Shown piece after piece: positions 13,101 to 23,800 of a stretch of DNA of 64,000 bases. The position numbers and the translations under genes were made by a program. The first letter of the stretch is position 1, and each line of letters begins with the position of its first letter. The stretch is from positions 8,112,047-8,176,046 of the forward strand of contig CM082591.2 of assembly GCA_040954595.2 (NCBI GenBank). The letters run 5' to 3'. Source of the stretch: Balanoglossus misakiensis. Taxonomy: Eukaryota; Animalia; Hemichordata. The notes under the pieces were generated by a model. It saw only the letters and a program-made list of their open reading frames with translations, was not told where the DNA came from and made no database searches.

Positions 13101-15818
13101 GCGGTATCCAGATAAATGATACCAGGATTCCCCAGTCATTTCACCGGGGTTCCCTTTGGTATATCAATGCAGTCATATGAGAAGATAGCAGAAGTGTTAC
13201 CGTGGTTGCCATTTACCAGTGTTCCTCAACCTTAGCAAAAACACTGATACGTGCAATTTTGATGCTGCCCTACAACTCTGAGTATGTGTGTTTAAAATGC
13301 GATTTTGAAAGCTGCAAGTGTATTAAACATCAAGTCAAAAATGGGAAGTCATGAGTTGCAGCTCATGGGTCTTTAACGAGTATGAGGATTGTAAGTGTAA
13401 TCGAGAGCACTGATTTTGAACAGTTTCGTCCTTAGCAATAATAAATGCAATTTTGATATTCTTCAGGCGAGAAACCCTACGTTTGTACTGTAGCAGGTTG
13501 CGGAAAGCGCTTCACCGAATATTCCAGTTTGTATAAACACCATGTTGTACATACACATTCCAAACCGTACATTTGTAACCACTGCGGCAAGACGTATCGT
13601 CAGACGTCAACGTTAGCAATGCACAAACGAACGGCTCATGGGGATACTGATGCCACAGAGGAAAGTGAGGCACAGCTCTACGTACAACAACAAGGTAAGA
13701 TTTTCTTTGTGTTTGCATTTACATATTCTTTAGAAGCACTAGTTAAAGCTATAATCATTTAGATATTCTAGCGATCCCCTCCAAATGCAAATGACTAAAA
13801 TGAGTGAAGGGCAGGAAAAGGTGTTCGGTATAGACAGATTTCCAGATTAGACAGAGTTCGGTTCAGACAGGTTATTCTGTAGCATACTTATCTGGTGACT
13901 CCACAAGTCACAGTCCCTTGGGGGTAATAAATGGGTGCTATAACCCTCATGGCTAGGCAATCTGTGCTCAATATGACAGAAATATGCACATCACTGGTTC
14001 CATGATTGAAATATCCAGAATAGTCGATATCTTTATATTCCACAATAAGTCAAGTGCCATCATGCAGCCATCATGAATTTGAATTCAAAGTGAGGCCAAT
14101 AGGGAAAGTTGACCAGTCACATGAAGGGAGTTTCCCCAATTGCCTCGATTTGAGTTCAAATACATGATGACTGTGTGAGGGCGCTAGACTTATGAAAAGG
14201 GTGTATGCTGTCGGACATTCTGATAAATTTTGCATTTTTCCATTTGACTGCAGTTGTTGGTGAAGCTGTAGCAGCTGCTGCAGCAGTGGCGGCCGCAGCT
14301 GGAATCCCTCCGGCAAAACGACCCCGGATTCAATATCAACTGAATGCCCAAGGAGAGGTGACACAGACATCGGAAGAGACCGGAACCGGAGAAGCTAGTC
14401 ATGAAAGTACAGAAGGCCCTACACCAGTGACATTAGTGACCAGCGTCTCACAGGACGGCATTGTGACAACCACCGATACAGAGGCCGCTATTGCTGCAAT
14501 GCAAGCTGCAGCAGAAGAACCAGACGCCACAAGTATTGCTGCTATACAGGTATAGATCTATTACTGCAATTCTCCCTACCTTAAATAGGTTTTAATAATA
14601 ATAATTTTATTCCACTTGCACTACAGGCCTCCAGCCCAATGTACTGGAATATTTTAAATACATTTCAGGAAAAAAATAAAATGTTACAGAACACAGTGAC
14701 CTTGAGAGTGTTAAGATTTGCAGGGGGTTTCTTTTACAGTGAAAGCAAGAACCAGCACTTTCCCGGAAGTCAGTTCGCCAACTCCTTCCTTTTGTTAAAG
14801 GCATAAAATAAGTAAAGGCTTAACTTTCTTATGATATTCGGATTTTGTGTTGACATAATTTGCATAAATTTATCAATAGAAGGGTTGGTAAGAAATTGAG
14901 CAGGTAAGTATTTTACCCTGATGGTATCGTATAACTTACATTGTAATAAAAAGTGGTATTCATTTTCTATGTACCCATCGTTACAAATACACAACCTGTC
15001 TTCACGTGGGGTGTTATTTCGTCTACCTTGTTCAATATGAAGTGGATGGTTAGATAACCGAAAAGAAGTTAAGGTAGCTCTAAAAATAGGCTTCAGGGTG
15101 GTGAGGAGGTATGGTTCTATCAATAGAGTAGATTTAAAAAGTCTATATGATTGCAGCCTGTTGTAAGTACCAATTTCCACGTTCCAGTCTTGCAGTTCTA
15201 TGTCTGTACAACGCTGTCTAAATTCCGAAAGGAATTTTGTCTCGTTACCCACTCCCTGATTGTACCATGCCTCCGCAAACCCATATGAAAACAGGATAGA
15301 TCTCACAGCTATTGCCCAACATTCACAATTTCTTTCAGCCAGTTTACATTGCTCTTGGTACGCATGAAAAATATATCTCTTAGTATCAGCGTTTGTTAAA
15401 CGTAACCAGAACTTTATCATTTTTGGAAGTCTTAGCGTTCTCATGCTAAATCTTCCCAACTCCCCTCTTACTGCAATATTGACAAAACCTAAATAGGTTT
15501 TAGCTACCTAGGTGAGCGATGAAAATCTCATATGGTCAACGCAATTTCAAGATGGCCGATTTTCGCCATGTTTAAGAATTGGGAGTTCATAAGCATGCTG
15601 GACGACTGAATCCTTAAGTCTAATTCCTGCCCAACTCTTTGGAATTGTCAAATTTCAAGTTGTCTTTCTCTGTTTGGTCTCAGCTTGCAAATCAACAGCA
15701 GCTAGAAGAGGCCGTAGCAGTGGGACTGCAACAGCAAGATGGAACAGCCCAGCAGGAGGGTGTACAAATAACAGAAGAACCAAGTACAACAGACGCAATA
15801 ATGGCATACCAAGCATAG
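4125..15818 (+). CDS. ZNF143: Zinc finger protein 143/76 (Staf) orthologue, 621 aa, 13 coding exons: 4125-4247, 5514-5655, 6474-6551, 7038-7118, 7703-7804, 8658-8731, 9100-9201, 9615-9737, 10904-11105, 12551-12730, 13467-13694, 14254-14549, 15684-15818
   Basis: All introns are GT-AG and phase-consistent, and the exons sum to 1866 nt. The protein has MLLAQ (ATG 4206, matching the vertebrate ZNF143 N-terminus), four [14 protein letters not shown] repeats and seven C2H2 fingers (CTHDGC..., ...[41 protein letters not shown]) characteristic of Staf/ZNF143/ZNF76. The start could be 4125 or 4206. Confidence 0.95.
4509..4670. mobile_element. Family H Tc1/mariner-type MITE (CAGTCAAACCTG TIR, TA TSD) nested in an element like 11411-11756; other copies 9255-9409, 55932-56092, split copy 21581-23502
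   Basis: TA-CAGT...ACTG-TA termini; multi-copy. Confidence 0.8.
5752..6333. repeat. Inverted, shorter copy of the same 203-bp MITE+spacer array (3 MITEs, 2 spacers, plus a partial MITE)
   Basis: Unit starts at 5752, 5955 and 6158; reverse complement of the 28-kb unit with a few substitutions. Confidence 0.9.
6823..6912. mobile_element. Solo 85-bp piggyBac-type MITE (other solo or partial copies near 2902-2965, 19223-19300, 35990-36079)
   Basis: TTAA-CCCTTTCACC...GGG termini with the same internal sequence as the array MITE. Confidence 0.75.
10462..10803. mobile_element. Family G Mutator-like MITE (CAATCTGATTAAAATCAGATGTAG TIR); relatives near 690-728, 8272-8430, 11210-11290, 17639-17796, 19879-19953, 21423-21478, 39830-39905
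   Basis: 9-bp TSD GTCTGGGTC/GTCTGGGCC here; 10-bp TSD CTGTCATGAT at 17629-17638 and 17797-17806. Confidence 0.75.
12893..13450. repeat. ~190-bp direct duplication (12893-13085 and 13261-13450) separated by a repeat also found at 34810-34965
   Basis: Directly visible near-identical blocks. Confidence 0.8.
14595..15489 (-). mobile_element. 5'-truncated non-LTR retrotransposon (CR1/L2/Crack/Daphne-type ORF2 C-terminus) in the last ZNF143 intron
   Basis: The open ORF 14770-15459 has [30 protein letters not shown] and [20 protein letters not shown]. It ends in AATAAA plus an (ATT)n tail and has a 13-bp TSD TAAATAGGTTTTA (14582-14594 and 15490-15502). Confidence 0.9.
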
Positions 15819-15955
15819 TATCAACCAGCATTAAAACTGAAAATAATGGATCTTTTACAGTTATTATTATGTACGCTAATGTCAGTATCTTTCCATAAAA
15901 CTGCGAGTGCTCCCTGTATAGGACCAAGCTTTCTTAGAATGCTTGACATCACCAC

Positions 15956-16163
15956 ACTGTAAAACGGGAAATTTTTGCGACAGCAAATTTTCGTGATATC
16001 AAAAGAGGCAACTGTTACACAACAATAAATTTTTACATTCTTGTATTCCACTGCATCGTTATCTGCGAAAACCATTTTTACGTGACTCTTTATTTTCGTG
16101 TTTTGTTGGCTCTTGTGTAGTTCACGCAAATTTATCGTTCGCGAAAATTTCCCGTTTTACAGT
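15956..16163. mobile_element. MITE with ACTGTAAAACGGGAAATTTT TIR in the ZNF143 3' UTR; relatives near 40488-40686 and 56728-56856
   Basis: About 20-bp inverted termini; three related copies. Confidence 0.65.
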
Positions 16164-16792
16164 ATACATTGTACAGTTATAATAACTCAGCTGAACTCAG
16201 CGAGACAAGCTAGATAGTAATGTGTTTCTGCAATTCTTCAACTGAACTTAAACTCATCAGCTACCTATTTTTACACCCACCAGAAATTGGCCAATATTTT
16301 AAAGCCTCAGTAGCTGCCATTTTTTTCATGATTTTGCTTTCTAATTTAGAATGTTCCATATAAGTGTGTTAACTTGTGGGTATACACAGACAAATTATCA
16401 ACCTCTGATTGTGACTTAGACCCTCTCACAGCCCCTCTCGTCGACCATGCAGGCTTATGGACTGATTGCATGTGTGCCCAAGGTTCGCTACACAACACCA
16501 TATGGGGCTTCTCTTTTGCTAAACAGTTGAGGGCGCGTCAGTGAAGAGCCTTGTAGCGAACCGTGGGCTGTGAGAGAGTCTAATTATCACTGTACATTTA
16601 AATATGAATAAATTAAATAATAAATGGGTGCCACACCCATTATTCAATTGCCCATTGCAAGAGTACACAAATATCGTGGTATGTGCACATTGGTTTTATC
16701 CCCACAAAGTCAAGAGTGACATTTGTTGACTAAGACTGAAGTATTTTATTGATGCATTTTATTGATGTATGGTGCAGCTCTTAGGCCTTTAA

Positions 16793-17139
16793 AGGGACAA
16801 AGTCTCTCTCTCGCTGCCCTTTTTTCCATTAATTATATTTGATACAAGACACCGTTTGTTATTCTACATGTGGATATATAGTGAATGAACGTTCAACCAC
16901 ACACAACTTCCATCCCCCTTATAGACAGGAGAGTGAAAAAAATCGCCAAAATGAATAATCGTTCTTTACCATTTATTCATTCTGGGCGAGTTTTTACTCT
17001 CATATCATACAAGTGGGATGGAAGTTTTGTGTGGTTGATCATTGATTCACTATATATCCACATTTATATTAACATAAATGGTGTCTTGTATCAAACATAA
17101 TTAATGGAAAAGGGGCAGCTGGAGAGAGACTTTGTCCCT
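16793..17139. mobile_element. Family A palindromic ~350-bp MITE (AGGGACAAAGTCTCTC termini, TTAA TSD; Kolobok-like)
   Basis: TTAA at 16789-16792 and 17140-17143, with long inverted arms. Confidence 0.85.
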
Positions 17140-18086
17140 TTAAGGGATATGAGATGTCTAAAATCAATGTCTTCCTTGACACAAAATGGACTAGTGCATG
17201 TATAGGTGGGTCAACATCTTGTTCCCATCCGTTCATCACCCACCCCCAAAAGTGATATAAATAGAAGAAATGTGCAAATATTGCCATTTCCCTTGAATTG
17301 AGGTTATTAAAATAATTTCTCAAGTACGAATCTTTATAAAAGAAGCAGAATATAAATTAACACAATGAATTGACTAGAGATATCACAAATTTCCAAACCA
17401 AAATTTTACGTACAAGTCGGTTTTCTATTTCAGACAATATTTAAATGCAGTTTATGTCAAAATGAAATGTTATGATTTTTCTGATTATCATTATTGATTT
17501 TGTTTGAACTGCATGAGAATTTTGGCAAAGTTTCAGTTTCTTGTAATTTTCTGTATAATCTTATCGCAAGAGATAGTGCAGTGTGGCCATAATTTGGTGT
17601 TTATGTCCATCAATTTGTTCAGCTTTTACTGTCATGATTGATCTGATTAAATTCAGATGTAGAGTTAGGCGGCGGCGTTTACATTTGCTGAATCTTGGCT
17701 GTTCTGTTCGGAAGGGGTGAGAACAGCCAAGACAGAGAACAGAACAGCCAAAACTATCACCGGTGCCTAACTTTACATCTGATTTTAATCAGATTACTGT
17801 CATGATATTCTTGATTTAAAAAAAAACACCTACATCACTGAAGGTGGTCATGCATGTTGTATTGTCACTTGCAAACATTGTTTTGCCTGTAGATATGTCA
17901 AAGGGTAATGATAATGCTTTATTTAATACTGCCAGCACTTTTCATGGAATATTCAACTACTCTGTATGGTATAGATCTGTCCAGCAAAACAATGTAGGGT
18001 GTGATCTTTTGTGAATCATTACCCAGCCTACGCACAATTTTTGTCAACTATTTCAACTGGGTTCTCTTTCTCCAAATACCCATTAA

Positions 18087-18433
18087 AGGGACAAAGTCTC
18101 TCTCTTGCTGGCCCTTTTTAATTAATTATGTTTGATACAAGACACCATTTATGTTATTCTACATGTGGATATATAGTGAATCAACGTTCAACTACACACA
18201 ACTTCCATCCCACTTGTAGACAAGAGAGTGAAAAACTCGCCAAAATGAATAATAGGTCTCTACCATTTATTCATTTTGGACGAGATTTTACTCTCATATC
18301 CTACAAACGGGATGGAAGTTGTGTGTGGTCGAACATTTATTCACTACATATCCACATGTAGAATAACATAAACAATGTATTGTATCAAACAAAATTAATG
18401 GAAAAAGGGCAGTGAGAGAGAGACTTTGGCCCT
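18087..18433. mobile_element. Family A MITE
   Basis: Same termini, TTAA TSD. Confidence 0.85.
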
Positions 18434-18684
18434 TTAAATTCCTGATTCCACATTGGTGATTCATATTTCTGTACTGATACATTGTAGCCACATTTCATGG
18501 CCACAGGTTGTCCATCTCCACCATGCAGTGCCAGCAAATGTGGAGGCACATCAAAATTAATTCAAAGAAATATAAAATTAATTCTATGTGCCGGTAAAAT
18601 TAATTCCAGGCTCTATAAAATTAATTCTAACACATTTTATATAAATAAACTACAATTTTGACCAGGACGGGCGCCCATACAGTA

Positions 18685-18850
18685 GGGCCTAGTGGTGAGG
18701 GTACTGCACTCATGATTGGAGGGATGTTGGTTCGAGACTCGGACCCAGACATAGCTGTGGTTGCACTTTAATTAAAAGGTTCGCCAATGCCCCTTAAACC
18801 ATTGAGCAACAATCATTTCAATGCTCTTTCTGTGGTCTGATACACAAACA
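18685..18850 (+). mobile_element. tRNA-derived SINE remnant
   Basis: A-box-like GGGCCTAGTGG at 18685-18695 and B-box-like GGTTCGAGAC at 18729-18738 with tRNA spacing; no intact cloverleaf. Confidence 0.55.
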
Positions 18851-20573
18851 CACTAAGGCGTCTATTCTGTTCCTGTTACAAATTGAACTGAACAATAAAA
18901 TGAACATAGCAAATAAGAAACTAGCTACCATATTAAATTTGCTGTAATATGACATCATGTACACATACATTTCAATTTGTGTCATGATATGATCCAATTC
19001 TATGTTCAGCTGATGGCCATTACATTATGATTTTTATATCCAGAGGTTACTTTCTCAAATTTGTTTCAAATGATCTCATTCAAACTCACAATGAGTACAG
19101 CGCACTAAAACATTCTGCACATCATACCTCCTGTATAATACTGTCAGAAACACGGTCATTTCACAGACTTTCCTCAACTGATTTTATTCCACTATGATTT
19201 CCTTTGGTGTTTTCTTAACACTTTTACCACCATGGTTCAGTCCAAATCCATTGTTTTCTATGGTAAGGTTGGACCTCTAAAGAGGGAACTGGGGGTGAAA
19301 GGAATTGATCCAATGGGTACTGTGTCATTGACAATGACTTGTTTTCATATTTTTTGTGTGCATAATTTCTCATTGAAGTATTGAATCAACTAAATTGAAT
19401 TAAATTGTTGACAATAACAAGATGACTAACTTGTTCACAAGTTGAATCGTTTCATCATATGGAGTCAGACGAAAGAACTGTAATTCATGCGACTTGCGTA
19501 TACTATAGAATTTATATGGACTGCTCCTGTTTTCAAAGAGTTATTTTCCATTATCTGCTTTTTCATGTAACAGTATCAAACTTGGCTTTGAGATATGAAT
19601 TGATTAGTTTTAGAACATTACGTAGTTTTTAAATTTCAAATATGAAATAAACAGGTTTCCAAATAACATGACTGAACACGAAATGAGTTTTTGTATGTGT
19701 AATATTTGCCTGGGCGTAAGATTATGAGTTTGAAATCATTTTGGAAAAGAGTGCAGAGTTTGATCAGTCAGTTTTGTCATGGCTATTAAAATTGTTTTCT
19801 TTAAGTATGAATCTTCTCAACATAGCCCATGCATCCGTGATCTGCAATCGGCATTGTTATTGTTTGAAAATATCAGTCCAATCTGATTAAAATCACTACC
19901 GCGCCGTGTAAGCAAAAACATGTCGTACCCTACATCTGATTTTAATCAGATTGATTCAAGTCCAGACTTGAATGCATTTGTCAACAATAACAATGATCTG
20001 TACATATACACAAGAATGCAGAAAACTAGGCGTGTTGGGATATTATTAGGAGGGGAACAAGAAAAATTATTTGATAAACAAAACAAAAATACTGAAATAA
20101 TAAATTAGCAGGTAGTGGCGTTTATACATATAAAATTTGAAGTGCAGAAATTTGAGTTATTTTAATAGAACTGACCCACAAAAAATTGTTATGACATTTC
20201 TAATGCGTGTCGAATCATGTGCAGCATACATTTACTATGCCCAGTCTAGGTTGATACCATTATTTTTAGGGGGCGGCGGTTTAATCCTGCTTTGTGTTAA
20301 ACTTCATATGATAAGTTATTGATTTCATTATAGTATTTTCAATAAGTCATTCAAGATTTAAAGATTTTAAAGTCCTTTTTTTCATACCCCGACCCGGTGT
20401 TTATGTGACCCCCCCCCTCCCATTTTATGTGATAAGTGATGCAACCCCCTATCCCCACCCTGAAAATCTGTCGGCCCTCCTGAAAGTGAATATTCGGAAC
20501 AGTTACAAGACTCGAAACCGAAGCTGAATCCAAAATCAACTTCAACGTCTTGAGTATAATACACGCCTACTTA

Positions 20574-20773
20574 GGGGGAAACCATTTGATTTAGGGGCGG
20601 GGAATATGGGAGTGTCATCATTTTTTTCGGCCGCTGTTTACAGCATGTTTTTTTTTTCGATTGTCAGTCCTTCTTTTCCCTTAAGACATTGCAGAAGATT
20701 TTACCCTCCGCACTATCTGCCAACGAATTCCCCCAATCTTGTTTCCACCCCCAGAAATCAAATGGTTCTCCCC
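20574..20773. mobile_element. PIF/Harbinger (Tourist-like) MITE just upstream of the ETNK ATG
   Basis: GGGG(G)AAACCATTTGATTT and AAATCAAATGGTTCTCCCC termini, 3-bp TTA TSD (20571-20573, 20774-20776); a related end at 50094. Confidence 0.75.
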
Positions 20774-20838
20774 TTACGTCAACCACTGACTGTGTTTCAA
20801 CCCCCGGCGTTTCAGCCTCAAAACAAGTTAAGTAAATC

Positions 20839-23800
20839 ATGGCGACGGGAAAAGAAGTTCAGTATGTCGATATCACCGTGGATGAAAATAATCCTAAAGC
20901 GGGAGCCTTTGAATTAATGAAGATCGTCAGACCCGAATGGAAAACCGAGGATCTACTATTTAAGGTGGGTATAATTTCACTTGAACGTGTCACCTCTGCG
21001 TGGCACAGCTGGTCGGCCAGCTCTAAATAGATTACCGCCCACCCCACTGTCTACAGGGCCAGAGTACACCGTGTCAATAAAGTTTTTACCTGATGTTGAG
21101 GACAAGGACAAACAGCCAAATTTTGGGAAACACCAGCCAGTCACATTCCCGCAAATCAGCCAGTGATCGCGAAGCCCCTGGTTTAACTGGGAAAGAATTA
21201 TTCGCGATCATTGACAATGACTGAGGCAAATTAACTAGCGAGACGTGTGCGGACGATGGATCACTGATTGATAAAAATTGATGCGGGTAGCCGTACTATG
21301 GCGAGAGTGTCCGGCTTTGGCATTCTCGCCATGTTTAGGGCTACTATGCGGGCCAGCTACTTCAAGGCATTTGCCGTGGGACCGTTTCCCTACTACCCGA
21401 TCTGCAGGTTGTTGGATCTGGACAACCTGATTAAAATCAGATGTAGGGAACCCTCTACATCTGATTTTAGTCAGATTGGTTGTTTGGGAACATCCTGCAG
21501 TTTATAGTGAAATGTTGAGTGAAAGATATTCCGGTTTGTGTGAACATGACATGTACAGCGCTTGTATATTCGACAGTAGTCATTCAAACCTGTGTATAGT
21601 GGCCAGTCAAGGGACTTCCCTAAATTGGCCTTTACAGTCAGATCGCACGGTGCTCATTTGCATATGAAAGTTCGTCAAGCCAGCGACCGTTAATTTTCAA
21701 ACAGACGGCAATAGGCCAGTTTTCAAGGTGATTTTCAACTTGATTTTTACACTCCGTGGTACAATAAAATACCATGCTAGCTCGATAAATTTCGAAAGTG
21801 ATTCCTATTTTGCACTGCAGATGTAAATTTTATGAGAATCTGTCGGTAATAGTAGTAGTTTTTAGCGTGTTTTCGGTGGTATGTTGGTGACCTCGGAAGA
21901 GACGTCCACAAACGTGCCAAAAATCATTTGAAGACGACCTCGGAAGTTAACCAAGTTTTCGTGACAGATAGGTCTAATATCGGTCCCAACATCCGTGAAA
22001 AGAAATTAACTCGAAATGCTTGTGTAACGGTCAGCTTAAAAATAATCGATGTAGTTCGACGATATGACCCGGAAGTATAGGCCCTACGTTGACCTCTCCA
22101 TGTTAGGCTTGTAAATACGGAAGTGTTGCGTTGCTCGTGAAACGACACGTTTATCGTGGGGAAAACAGTTTCTAAAAGACACTTGTCAAGTAAAAGTTAC
22201 TGGATAGTGTATAACACTCTAAGGTAACATATCAGCCAAGTTTTAACTTAATTACTGGCCTGATTTCGACACAACATCGATCAATCGCACGAGTGCCGCG
22301 CCCGGGTGCTCCACGCCGTTCGCCTACATTGGGCTACAAACAAATATTTGATTACCCATGCACAGAATGCCAGGTTTACCGTACGTGAGGAGCTCAGCTG
22401 ACGTATTTTGTATATATTTTTTCTCCGCATCGTGGGATATAAGTAGACTTTTCGAAAATGCCAAGTGTAACTTCGAAACCACTTCCCTTTATTCGCCGAT
22501 GATATATGCAATAAATACAACATTTGTGTCTGAAGGCGAGCGATTTGTCATCATTGCATTGGGTCGATAAATAATAATAATAATAGTAATTTATTTATTA
22601 AACAGTGTTCAAAATACTACTACAAAATACAGGATAAAGAGTTAAAAATACAACAAAATACAGAATAAATTGTCAACTCAGACAGCTAAAATAAAACAGT
22701 CAACTGCAACACCACCACCACCACCACAAAAATCAGTCTTCATCAATCTGAAAGAACAATAAAATTAAAAAAGTGAGTTTCCTTGACGGGCAAACCTTCA
22801 TAAAATAATTGTTAGGGTTTAGTAAAACTCGGGATTACATATCAGCAATCAAAATTTCTTCGCACGAGAGAGGAGGGAAAACTACGCAGCTGGTAAAACC
22901 CAGGATCAAGCCTGCGCCAGCGTATATACGTACACATGCATGCTGTCTTCTCCCGCCATTTTGCAGAAGAAGTGGCGCTCACGGGTTGAAAAATAAACAA
23001 AATGGCGCTCACAGGTTGAAAGGTAAACAAAATTGAACTGGTCATATCGTCACTATCAAATCTTGGAAGTGAATGAAAACTCAAAGAGAGGGAGTTTGAT
23101 GTCTATATTTTGATAAAAGTTTGAAATTTCATGGTAAAATCCATGTGTAACGGTCAGCTTAAAAATAATCGAGAGGATGTCAACGCTATGTGTTTTTTCA
23201 CAGTCGTCAGAAATTTCGTGATTACAAAGAAACTACTCGACAGAAGTTGCCAAAAAATCATTCAGTAACAATCCAGTATACCTACCTTCAAGTGAATCCA
23301 CGGTTTTGTCTTAAAATAATCCACATCGCCTGAAAACAGCTCTATAATATCGAGTAAAAAAATGGCCTATTTCGCGACCCGTCAGCGGGGCCCACTCTAA
23401 CGGCTACATGGTTTGAAGTACTTTCTTCATTTGCATATGTTAATGAATGCCGTGCGATCTGACTGTTTATAGACAGGTGGCCTTTATACACAGGTTTGAC
23501 AGTACGGGATTATACCTGTGAATCGCCTGGCATTTGTGACTGAGATATGGCACATTTGTTGCCCTCGTGGTGAAACTGAGGGGAGGGGGGAGAGGACCCT
23601 GTCTCCTGTTGTGGGCACATGTTTAACAAATCCTCTGACTGAACCTCTTTATAAGCACTGGATACTAGAAATATGCACCATTTAAATTAGACAAAGTCTA
23701 TGATGTACTGCACCCAGGGATAGGGGGAATGTACACTGGTCTACTTTAGCTGTTGGCCAATTTTAGTCAGCATTCTGACCCATAATGGCAGTCTGTGCCT

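Noticed and set aside
15816-15962. Stop-codon readthrough extension of ZNF143
   Set aside because: The frame stays open for about 47 codons, but the TAG-T context is not a known leaky signal and the extension runs into a MITE.
16885-18491. Recurrent short ORFs containing MNNRSLPFIHFG / MFDTRH
   Set aside because: These are chance translations of the family A MITE, repeated at each copy.
18685-18760. Functional tRNA gene
   Set aside because: A and B boxes are present, but I could not build a complete cloverleaf; better explained as a SINE head.
21635-23465. RAG-like (ProtoRAG/Transib) transposon
   Set aside because: The termini are CAG not CAC, the TSD is 4 bp not 5 bp, and there is no RAG-like ORF.
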